Below are positions 25,645-33,268 of a stretch of 52,339 nt of DNA, piece after piece. Made by a program: the position numbers and the translations under genes. How positions within the stretch are numbered: position 1 is the stretch's first letter; each line of letters begins with the position of its first letter. The stretch comes from a virus. Taxonomy: Duplodnaviria > Caudoviricetes. The stretch spans positions 1 to 52,339 of the IMG/VR virus record IMGVR_UViG_3300014208_000056; one strand, given 5' to 3'. The notes under the pieces were generated by a model. It searched no databases and was not told the origin of the DNA. It was given only the letters and a program-made list of their open reading frames with translations.

Positions 25645-26420
25645 CCGACAACTCCGACATCTTCCGCAAGCGCCGCATCCGAGAGAAGGCCATCGAGTGG
25701 CTTGGTGGCCCCTCCGCAGTGCGGGTCCTCGACTGCTGTGCGGGCTTCGGGCACATGCGCCGCGAGTGCTACGCGGGCGTCGCCAGCTACCTCGGCATCG
25801 ACCAGCGACGGACACGACAGCCAGACACCCTCGTCGGCGACAACCTCGTCCTGGCCCCGCCGCGGGTCGACGACTTCGACCTCTTCGACATCGACACCTA
25901 CGGCAACCCCTGGCCGCTGTGCGACCTCCTCACTGCGGCCCGCACCGACACTGCGCCGTTCGTCCTCGTCACGACGTGCTTCCAGGCGCGCCACATGCGC
26001 TTCGGCCGGGGCTCTGGCTACATCGACTCCAAGTTGGGCCTCGGCGCGGTCTTCTCGGGGCGCGCTCGGCAGCGCCAGCGTCACGTCGCCCAGGCCCGCC
26101 GCGGCGACAACTGCGACCGATGCGGAGGCTCGACCGGGCTCGAGATCCATCACATTGACCACAACCCGAGCAACAACGCGCCGTCGAACCTCACGACTCT
26201 CTGCATCAAGCACCATCACGCCCGCCACCGCATCGAGACCCCGACGAAGCTCCCGTCGCTGAACCGCTGGTACGACACCTTCGTCTCCCTCGTCATGCGC
26301 GACTGGCCCGTGCGCGTCGTGAAGTGCTACCGGGCGACGGCCTCGACACAAGGCCACGCCGGGCGCGGCTGGTACTACGCAATACTCTGTGAGAAAGCCA
26401 ATGGCGACCGCAAAGCGTGA
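25641..26420 (+). CDS. SAM-dependent methyltransferase-like protein with an inserted HNH domain
   Basis: VLDCCAGFG, YLGID, FDLFDIDTYGNPW; insert CDRCG..EIHHIDHNPSNNAPSNLTTLCIKHH. Confidence 0.7.
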   Translation: MTDNSDIFRKRRIREKAIEWLGGPSAVRVLDCCAGFGHMRRECYAGVASYLGIDQRRTRQPDTLVGDNLVLAPPRVDDFDLFDIDTYGNPWPLCDLLTAARTDTAPFVLVTTCFQARHMRFGRGSGYIDSKLGLGAVFSGRARQRQRHVAQARRGDNCDRCGGSTGLEIHHIDHNPSNNAPSNLTTLCIKHHHARHRIETPTKLPSLNRWYDTFVSLVMRDWPVRVVKCYRATASTQGHAGRGWYYAILCEKANGDRKA

Positions 26421-26817
26421 GTGGAAGAAGAAGTTCCTCGAGGCCTTCGGGCAGACCTGCAACGTCACCATCTCGTGCCGTGCCGCGGGGGTCTCCCGCG
26501 ACGCCTACTACAGCGCCCGTGAGCGCTCCAAGAAGTTCGCCGCCCAGGCCGACGACGCGCGGGTCTCCGCCGTGGAGCTTCTCGCACGCCGTGCGTGGAA
26601 GATGGCCGAGGGGGGCAACGAAAAGCTGATGATGTTCCTACTCAAGGCACATGACCCAGCGACCTACGGAGACAGGAAGGCCATCGAGCACAGCGGCCCC
26701 GGTGGCGGGCCGATTCAGATCGATCGCGGTGCCATCGCCAAGCGCGTCGACGAGCTCCTCGCGGGGATGACCGACGAGCAGGTCGATGCTCTCGTCGAGG
26801 CCATCGAGAAGCAGTGA
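26401..26817 (+). CDS. terS: Terminase small subunit
   Basis: KKFLEAF..NVTISCRAAGVSR..F..LLKAH.P..Y..EHSGPGGGPI; upstream of terL. Confidence 0.85.
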   Translation: MATAKREWKKKFLEAFGQTCNVTISCRAAGVSRDAYYSARERSKKFAAQADDARVSAVELLARRAWKMAEGGNEKLMMFLLKAHDPATYGDRKAIEHSGPGGGPIQIDRGAIAKRVDELLAGMTDEQVDALVEAIEKQ

Positions 26818-28238
26818 CCGTCGACGCTGACATCGTCTCAGGAGCAAGGAGGCGGCGCCTCCTGCAGTTCGTCCGCGCCGACTTCCCCGAGTACGAGGCG
26901 GGGTGGTTCCACCGAGACGTCTGCAGCCGCCTCGAGGCCTTCTCGCGGGCCGTCGCGGAGAAGCGCTCGCCGCGGCTGATGCTCTTCGCACCGCCACGCC
27001 ACGGCAAGAGCTTCCTGACGAGCGAACGCTTCCCCGTGTGGCACCTTGGTCGCCACCCCGAGCACGAGGTCATCGTCGCCAGCTACAGCTTCGACGCCGC
27101 GAAGAAGAGGAGCAAGGCGGCCCGGACCCTCGCTCGCCTCGACCTCACCCGCGACACCTTCGACCTGGAGCTCGACGCCGAGGCCTTCGCGGTGGACGAG
27201 TGGTACACGACCCGCGGGGGGAGGTACCAGGCCGTCGGAACTGGCGGCAGCATCACCGGCGGCGGCGCCAACGTGCTCATCATCGATGACCCGGTGAAGG
27301 ACTGGGCCGTCGCCCTCTCTCCGACGCAGCGCGAGTCCATCTGGGACTGGTACCAGAGCACCGCCTACACCCGCCTCTCGCCAGGCGGCGGGGTGCTTGT
27401 CATCCAGACCCGCTGGCACGAGGACGACCTCGCCGGGCGCCTGCTGCGAGCGATGGACGCAGGCGAGGGCGACCGCTGGGAGGTGGTCGACTACCCAGCC
27501 ATCGCCGAGCGCGACGAGCTCCACCGCCGTGCGGGAGAAGCGCTCCACGCCGAGCGCTGGCCGCTGGAGCGACTCGAGAAGATCCGCGTCGTCGTCGGGA
27601 GCCGCAAGTGGCAGGCGCTCTACCAGGGCCGTCCGAGCTTCGAGGGTGGCAACATCTGGAAGGCATCGTGGTGGCGCTTCTGGACACGCTCGCCCCTCAC
27701 ACCAGACCAGGAGTCGAGCGGCAAGTGGATGGTGCTTCCCGAGAAGGTCGAGCTCATCCAGTCGTGGGACCTCACCCTCGGGTCGCTTTCGGACACGGCG
27801 AGCTGGGCGGTTGGGCAGGTCTGGGCGAAGTGCAGGGCCGACCGCTTCCTTCTCGACGAGATCCGCTTCCGCGGCGGCATCCTCGAGACCGAGGCGGCGA
27901 TCCGCGAGCTCTCCCGCCGTTGGCCAGCCGCGGGCAAGAAGTACGTCGAGAGCGCAGCGTTGGGGAAGCCGCTCGAGGCGAAGCTGCGCCACGACATCCC
28001 CGGGATCATCCTCGTCCCGGTCGACCAGAACAAGGCGGCTCGGATGGAGGCCTGCGTGCCCGAGGTCGAGGCTGGCAACGTCTACCTCCCCGACCCGATG
28101 CTGACTCCTTGGGTCCGGGACTGGATCGACGAGTGCGCCGCCGCGCCGCACGGCCCCGCGAACGACCGCGCCGACTCGGCGTCGCAGGGATTGACGAAGC
28201 TGCGGACGCCGTCGACGATCCGGATGGCGAGGGTGTGA
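26814..28238 (+). CDS. terL: Terminase large subunit
   Basis: PPRHGKS, ITGGGA..IIDDP.KD, IQTRWHEDDLAG, SWD, NDRADS. Confidence 0.96.
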   Translation: MTVDADIVSGARRRRLLQFVRADFPEYEAGWFHRDVCSRLEAFSRAVAEKRSPRLMLFAPPRHGKSFLTSERFPVWHLGRHPEHEVIVASYSFDAAKKRSKAARTLARLDLTRDTFDLELDAEAFAVDEWYTTRGGRYQAVGTGGSITGGGANVLIIDDPVKDWAVALSPTQRESIWDWYQSTAYTRLSPGGGVLVIQTRWHEDDLAGRLLRAMDAGEGDRWEVVDYPAIAERDELHRRAGEALHAERWPLERLEKIRVVVGSRKWQALYQGRPSFEGGNIWKASWWRFWTRSPLTPDQESSGKWMVLPEKVELIQSWDLTLGSLSDTASWAVGQVWAKCRADRFLLDEIRFRGGILETEAAIRELSRRWPAAGKKYVESAALGKPLEAKLRHDIPGIILVPVDQNKAARMEACVPEVEAGNVYLPDPMLTPWVRDWIDECAAAPHGPANDRADSASQGLTKLRTPSTIRMARV

Positions 28239-28240
28239 GG

Positions 28241-28256
28241 TGGCACGGTGGTTGAA
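28241..28256 (+). promoter_or_regulatory. Possible sigma54 promoter for the accessory island
   Basis: TGGCACGGTGGTTGAA: perfect -24 element, TTGA at -12; intergenic after the terL stop. Confidence 0.4.
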
Positions 28257-28292
28257 GTGAGGCCGAGGGCCAGGAACGACGGGAGAGACGAG

Positions 28293-28499
28293 ATGGAAGA
28301 CCTGATTGCGGCACTTACCATTTTCGCGAAGTACACGAAGTCAAAGCACCCTACGAACTGCGAGCACGACGAGCTCCGCGTCCAAGTCGACCCGCGCAAG
28401 GTGTCCCGGGAGGACAAGAGGGCTCTCGCGGCTCTAGGGTTCGACCCCGACGAGGAGGTCCCCGAGTCCTTCATCTCGTTTCGCTTTGGCTCGTGCTGA
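28293..28499 (+). CDS. Conserved-looking small phage protein
   Basis: MEDLIAALTIFAKY..PTNCEHD..LGF..SFRFGSC. Confidence 0.65.
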   Translation: MEDLIAALTIFAKYTKSKHPTNCEHDELRVQVDPRKVSREDKRALAALGFDPDEEVPESFISFRFGSC

Positions 28500-28512
28500 G
28501 GAGGGAGACTCG

Positions 28513-29853
28513 ATGGAAGACGACACGACGACGGAGGCACCTGGCGTGCCCCAGGACGCATCAGAGACGACACCGCCACCGAGTGACGGGGGAGGCGACG
28601 CGGCGCAGAGGAAGGCGACGGGGGTTGGCATATACGACGTTGCGGCACTCCAGGCCGAGTTCCTGAATGCGCATCGAGCTGCGATCGACAGCATCCTGCC
28701 AATCGGCTTAGCGGTGTCCATGCCCGAGGACAAGCTTCTGAGCGCCGTGCTCAAAGAGCGCGACATGGCGAAGGCCCGCGCCGAGAAGGCCGAGGCCGAG
28801 CGGGACGAACTGCGTGCGGTGTTCGACGATCGGCGCACGTTGTGCTCGGAGTTGGACTCGTCTCGATGCGAGCTCGCCGAGTGGAAGGCCAAGGTCGAGA
28901 AGGCGGAGAAGGAATTGCTGGACTACATCGAGGCAGCGGGAGATGCGTCAGATCGTGAGCGCGAGGGCTGGAAAGCGAAGGTTGCATTCGCCGAGGCCGA
29001 GCGCGACCAGGCTCGACGGGAACGCGACGACCTACGGGCCGCTCGCGATGTCTATCAAGAGGCCCTCGTTGGTCTTGAGGAGGGGGCGCGGAAGCTGCGG
29101 GAAGTCGAGGCCGAGCGCGATGAGGCCAGACGAGAACGCGACCAGGCCCGCGACGCCCGCCGACTGCCCGAGTGGGGCTTCATCAAGGCCGACCTCGAGG
29201 AGCGACTGTGCCTCGTCACCCGCGAACGCGACGAGCTCCGCGCCAGGCTTGAGGCCGGTAGAGCTGCCATCCTCGCCGCGGCCGACAGTGGGCGCGAGAA
29301 CGCCGGCAAGACGGCTGACCTCCTCCGCAAAGTTGAGGCTGAGCGCGACGACCTCCGGGCACAACTCGCCACGACCAAGGCCGTGCTCGATGCGACGAAT
29401 GAGAGGGGTCGGACGGTCGAGAAGGCGACGGAGGTGGAGCTGGCCAGGCTCGATGTCGAACGCGCCGACCTCCGGGCCAGGCTCGCCACCGCGGCCGAGT
29501 CGCTCAAGACCCGCGACGTGGTCGAGGAGCTGAGCCGCGTCCAGGCCATCGCGTCGATGCAGGCGCGGGTGATCGTCGCCGAGGACGCACGAGCCGCCGC
29601 AAAGGCCGAGCTGGCGACCGTGACCGCCGAGCGGGACCGCCCCGCTACCACTCCATCGCCAACCAACCCGCCACTGCCCGCCGGCCGAATTGTGGAGCAG
29701 CATCTCGACGGCGCGAGCGTGAACTGGACGACTGGCTTCATCAATCTGCGCGGAGACCCTGGCGCCATTCATCTTCAATCCCCCGCCGAAGTCGAGCGCC
29801 TGGTCGCCATCCTCGCCGAGGCCCGCGCCCAGGCATGGCCGGAGGTAGCGTGA
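28513..29853 (+). CDS. Long coiled-coil protein
   Basis: Repeated AERDE/DLRA heptads; GAGGGAG RBS. Confidence 0.75.
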   Translation: MEDDTTTEAPGVPQDASETTPPPSDGGGDAAQRKATGVGIYDVAALQAEFLNAHRAAIDSILPIGLAVSMPEDKLLSAVLKERDMAKARAEKAEAERDELRAVFDDRRTLCSELDSSRCELAEWKAKVEKAEKELLDYIEAAGDASDREREGWKAKVAFAEAERDQARRERDDLRAARDVYQEALVGLEEGARKLREVEAERDEARRERDQARDARRLPEWGFIKADLEERLCLVTRERDELRARLEAGRAAILAAADSGRENAGKTADLLRKVEAERDDLRAQLATTKAVLDATNERGRTVEKATEVELARLDVERADLRARLATAAESLKTRDVVEELSRVQAIASMQARVIVAEDARAAAKAELATVTAERDRPATTPSPTNPPLPAGRIVEQHLDGASVNWTTGFINLRGDPGAIHLQSPAEVERLVAILAEARAQAWPEVA

Positions 29854-30083
29854 GAGCCCCGACGCAGCGCGACATCGCCGTGCTCAAGGTAGTCGGCGAC
29901 GCCCGCAGCATCACGCGGCGCGAGTTGGCTCGGCGGCTCGGTGTGAGCGACTGGCGCGCCCACGTGCTGGCCCGCCGGTGCAGGGCGCTCGGCTTGGTGC
30001 AGTGGAGCTGGGCCCCGTGGCGACCCTACTCGCTCACCGCGGCCGGGCTGGTCGAGTACCGTCGATTGCGGGAGGGTTCCTGA
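29850..30083 (+). CDS. Winged-helix (LexA/MarR-like) DNA-binding protein
   Basis: TQRDIAVL..TRRELARRLGVS..GLV..YSLTAAG. Confidence 0.65.
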   Translation: MRAPTQRDIAVLKVVGDARSITRRELARRLGVSDWRAHVLARRCRALGLVQWSWAPWRPYSLTAAGLVEYRRLREGS

Positions 30084-30373
30084 TGCGCCAGGCCCCACAC
30101 AAGTGCCAGAGGTCCCCGCGCGAACGACGGCTCGCGAAGATGCGCGACGCGTACGACGACCTGCAGCGCAGGCGAGATCGGGTTGTTGCGGCCGAACGGG
30201 AGCTCGAGGCGGAGCGGGCCGCACTCGCCAAAGCCCAGGCTCGACATCTGGACCTCTCGCAGTCGCCAGAGGTCCCGGACGAGGACGAAGCCGCGTTCTG
30301 GTGGAGGATGGGGCGGTCTCGGTGCAAGTACTGCAAGGCACGAGCGACCGAGCATGACGGAGGGCAGGGGTGA
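30083..30373 (+). CDS. Hypothetical protein
   Basis: TGATG coupling; CKYC. Confidence 0.55.
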   Translation: MRQAPHKCQRSPRERRLAKMRDAYDDLQRRRDRVVAAERELEAERAALAKAQARHLDLSQSPEVPDEDEAAFWWRMGRSRCKYCKARATEHDGGQG

Positions 30374-30645
30374 TGGGAATGGACTACGTTCGAGAATTCT
30401 ACGGCGTCCCGGCCAAGCGAGGGATGCGTGTCCGCGAGTCGTCAGAGGGGCGGCGCTGCATTCGAGAGGGGCGCATCGCTAGCGCAAGCCACTACGTGTT
30501 CGTGATCCTCGACGGGGACACGCGCTCGTCAACGTATCATCCGACCGACCTCATCTACCTTGGACCAGACGGCGAGGTCCTGTGGCCGGTGAAGGGGCAG
30601 GGCGGTGGCTTCGCACGTGACCTGTCTGGTGGAGGGAAGGGGTGA
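30373..30645 (+). CDS. Small SH3-like phage protein
   Basis: DYVREFYGVPAKRGMRV..GRI..YHPT. Confidence 0.7.
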   Translation: MGMDYVREFYGVPAKRGMRVRESSEGRRCIREGRIASASHYVFVILDGDTRSSTYHPTDLIYLGPDGEVLWPVKGQGGGFARDLSGGGKG

Positions 30646-30866
30646 TGGGTAACGACGACGAGCAATCGGAACTCGAAGCGGTTGAGGCGATGCAGGACGC
30701 CATGACGCCAGAGGAGCGCGCCAATCAGGAAGCCGAGGATAGGTGGTTCGCGTACTTGAAGGCTCGCGGACTCGCCCTTGTGCCAAGAGGCCAGGGAGGG
30801 GGTGCGGGCGGGCCGATGGTGCCGCCCGGCTATCGCGTCGTGCAATCGGGTGGAGGGAAGGTGTGA
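30645..30866 (+). CDS. Hypothetical protein
   Basis: Junction motif at both ends. Confidence 0.55.
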   Translation: MGNDDEQSELEAVEAMQDAMTPEERANQEAEDRWFAYLKARGLALVPRGQGGGAGGPMVPPGYRVVQSGGGKV

Positions 30867-31087
30867 TGGGCCGGCACTCGAAGAAGAAGCACCCGCACCG
30901 CAACGAGTGGCCGGTGGCGGCGCTCGAGTCCCGCTATGAGAAGGCGCGACGGGCGGCGCAGGAACACCAGTGGAAATGCCGCGCGTGCTTCGTTGGGCGC
31001 CTGTGGTGCGATGAGAACGCGCGCCTGCAGATTGCGAGGCTGAATGCCCGCGAGGCGCTGCTACTTGCCACGAGGAGGAAGGGGTGA
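30866..31087 (+). CDS. Hypothetical His/Cys protein
   Basis: HQWKCRAC..C. Confidence 0.55.
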   Translation: MGRHSKKKHPHRNEWPVAALESRYEKARRAAQEHQWKCRACFVGRLWCDENARLQIARLNAREALLLATRRKG

Positions 31088-31629
31088 TGGGTGACCCGTT
31101 GTCGGAAGCGATTGCGCACTGCATCGAGTCGGAATGCCAGGAGTGCCGGGACGGGCACCTGCAACTCGCCGCGTGGATGCGGGAGCTGGTGGAGTTGCGC
31201 CGCCTTGGAGACAAGCCCGGCCGCATTGTCGCCGCCGTCCGGGCTCTCGTGGTGGAGGGTGGCGCCTCGGTCGTGCTGTCGACCTCCGAGCCGCTGTCGA
31301 TGCAGGAGATGGACGAGTGCGCCGAGTTCCTGTCCGCCGAGGGCGAGCGCATCGGCGTCAAGTTCACCCTCCTCGCCTGGCCGCTCGAAGTCGCCAGCGA
31401 CTGGCGCCGCCGCCCACCAACGCACGCCGAGATCGTCGCTCACCACAAGGCCACGGCTGTCGCCGGCGTCTCGCTCTGGCAGTACTGGAAGGACGACGAG
31501 CACTCCCCCGAGGTGCAGGAGGTCGACGACATCGACGACGAGGTCGAGTTCGTCTCGTGGCCCGAGTACCGATGGCGTGCCGTCACCGCCGGTGCTGACC
31601 CGTGGCCCTGGCCAGAGGTTGCACCATGA
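31087..31629 (+). CDS. RPPT-AE-AHH family protein (copy 2)
   Basis: WRRRPPTHAEIVAHH..SLW..WRAV..PWPEV. Confidence 0.7.
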   Translation: MGDPLSEAIAHCIESECQECRDGHLQLAAWMRELVELRRLGDKPGRIVAAVRALVVEGGASVVLSTSEPLSMQEMDECAEFLSAEGERIGVKFTLLAWPLEVASDWRRRPPTHAEIVAHHKATAVAGVSLWQYWKDDEHSPEVQEVDDIDDEVEFVSWPEYRWRAVTAGADPWPWPEVAP

Positions 31630-31976
31630 GCCACGTCAAAGACCTGCTTGACCACTTGTCTCGGCGAGCCACCGCTGGCGTGATTACGCTCCAGGCCATC
31701 GCCGACATCCATGCCGCCCTCGTCGCCGACCAGGAAGACAGCGCTTGGCGCCTCCGACCACCGACCGCGGCGGAGATTGCGGCGCATCACGCGGCCCACG
31801 CCACGTCGCTCGGGTGGTCGCTGTGGATGGTGTGGGCTATCGGTCGCGCATCCCCGATGGTCATCGCGCTGCGCCCCGGCGGCAAGGCCGAGGTCGAGGA
31901 CGCGATGTGGCGAGCGGCCGATGCCTGGTGTACCCCTTGCGCCTGGCCGAAAGTCGAGGAGGTGGGGTGTGGGTAG
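31626..31976 (+). CDS. RPPT-AE-AHH family protein (copy 3)
   Basis: WRLRPPTAAEIAAHH..SLW..WRAAD..AWPKV. Confidence 0.7.
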   Translation: MSHVKDLLDHLSRRATAGVITLQAIADIHAALVADQEDSAWRLRPPTAAEIAAHHAAHATSLGWSLWMVWAIGRASPMVIALRPGGKAEVEDAMWRAADAWCTPCAWPKVEEVGCG

Positions 31977-32175
31977 TCACGTCGATGTAACGGAGAAGGC
32001 CAGGAAGCTGGCCGCCACGTGGAGAGAGGAGGGCCGCCGCGAGAACGTGGCGGCATTCGCGCGTGAGAATGGGTGGTCGCCGGCAGAGGCGCTCATGTTC
32101 TCCAACACCGTGCAGGTGTGCGCCGAGGAGCTTGAGGCAATACTTGGCGACGGCGCGGAGGTGGAAGATGGGTAG
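31969..32175 (+). CDS. Hypothetical protein
   Basis: Overlap-coupled ORF. Confidence 0.5.
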   Translation: MGSHVDVTEKARKLAATWREEGRRENVAAFARENGWSPAEALMFSNTVQVCAEELEAILGDGAEVEDG

Positions 32176-32527
32176 CCGCGTCGAGGAGCTGCGAGCCAGG
32201 TGGGGGCACTACGGCGACATCCATCTGCTGCGCCGCGAGAACACCATCCCGTTCTGCGAAGCCGCCGAGGAGCTCGGTGAGGCCATCGACAATGACCAGT
32301 CAGCCCAAGCCTGGCGTCGTAGACCACCAACCCCCGCCGAGCTCCTCGCCCACCACTCCCGCCACGCTCGCGGCCGGTGGATGCGTCGCACGGGCCCGAC
32401 GCTGCAGCTCTACACGTGGACGCCAGGCCGCCCCACCGAGCTACCGCCAGGCGAGTGGCGCGCTCTCGACGACGAGGGTGCGCCGTCCCCGTGGCCAGTC
32501 GTCGTGGCTGGGGAGTCGAAGTCGTGA
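32168..32527 (+). CDS. RPPT-AE-AHH family protein (copy 4)
   Basis: WRRRPPTPAELLAHH..W..WRALD..PWPVV. Confidence 0.7.
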   Translation: MGSRVEELRARWGHYGDIHLLRRENTIPFCEAAEELGEAIDNDQSAQAWRRRPPTPAELLAHHSRHARGRWMRRTGPTLQLYTWTPGRPTELPPGEWRALDDEGAPSPWPVVVAGESKS

Positions 32528-32871
32528 GCACAACAGGGCTTGCATACCGATTCGACCACTCCAGCGTGTCGGCGGACCCGGACATGCCGGTCATCGTGTG
32601 GGTGCCGGAAGACCGGGGCTTCTCTGGCGCGGCCGGCGCATCGGTGGTGATTCACGCCACGCTGCTACTTGTGCGCCGAGGGACCGCCACCGTCCACCTC
32701 GCAATCGAGTGCCACGATGGCGAGCTGCTCGACGCCGAGATCCACTACCCACACACCGCCGGGCTGCTGCGCCACGTCCAGGCCACTGCCGCGCGCGTGG
32801 TGTGGTCGTGGTGGCGAGGGAGCTGCCTGACTGCGCTGCGCGTGCCACGCGGCCGCGTCTGCTGTCACTGA
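32524..32871 (+). CDS. Hypothetical protein
   Basis: GTGA overlap. Confidence 0.5.
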   Translation: MSTTGLAYRFDHSSVSADPDMPVIVWVPEDRGFSGAAGASVVIHATLLLVRRGTATVHLAIECHDGELLDAEIHYPHTAGLLRHVQATAARVVWSWWRGSCLTALRVPRGRVCCH

Positions 32872-32879
32872 GGAGCCCT

Positions 32880-33143
32880 GTGAAGCATTTCCTGAAGACT
32901 CGTCGCGAGCACTACGACGCCGTTGCCTCTGGATACAAGCGCGTCGAGCTCCGTCGTGACGACCGAGGATTCGCGGTCGGAGATACGCTCGTGCTGCAGG
33001 AGTGGGAGGATGGCGCGTACACTGGGAGGGCCATGAGAGTCGAGGTGACGCACGTGCTGAGTGGCTGGGGTCTACCCGCCGGGCTCGTGGCCCTGAGCAT
33101 CGGTGCTGAAGGTGTCACCCCGTGGCCCTCACCCAACACATGA
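32880..33143 (+). CDS. DUF3850/ASCH (PUA-like) domain protein
   Basis: KHFLKT..YDAVASGYKRVELRRDDRGFAVGDTLVLQEW..YTGR..VTHV. Confidence 0.85.
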   Translation: MKHFLKTRREHYDAVASGYKRVELRRDDRGFAVGDTLVLQEWEDGAYTGRAMRVEVTHVLSGWGLPAGLVALSIGAEGVTPWPSPNT

Positions 33144-33160
33144 AGTTTCAGGCACAAGTA

Positions 33161-33189
33161 TTGTCGCCGCCTCGTGTTCTCGGTACCCT
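33161..33189 (+). promoter_or_regulatory. Putative sigma70 promoter upstream of portal
   Basis: TTGTCG-N17-TACCCT. Confidence 0.5.
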
Positions 33190-33268
33190 GTAGCGCGGAG
33201 GTGTCGCATGGTTCGTGTCCTTCTCTCCGGCCTCGTCTCACTCATCATCTACCTGTCGGGGGTGCGCC

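Noticed and set aside
28780-29640. Recurring GAGGCCGAGCGCGAC repeats as a possible CRISPR or DNA repeat array
   Set aside because: Irregularly spaced; they encode coiled-coil AERD units.
33150-33165. Sigma54-like AGGCACAAGTATTGTC before portal
   Set aside because: Mismatches in both boxes; the TTGTCG is better explained as a sigma70 -35.
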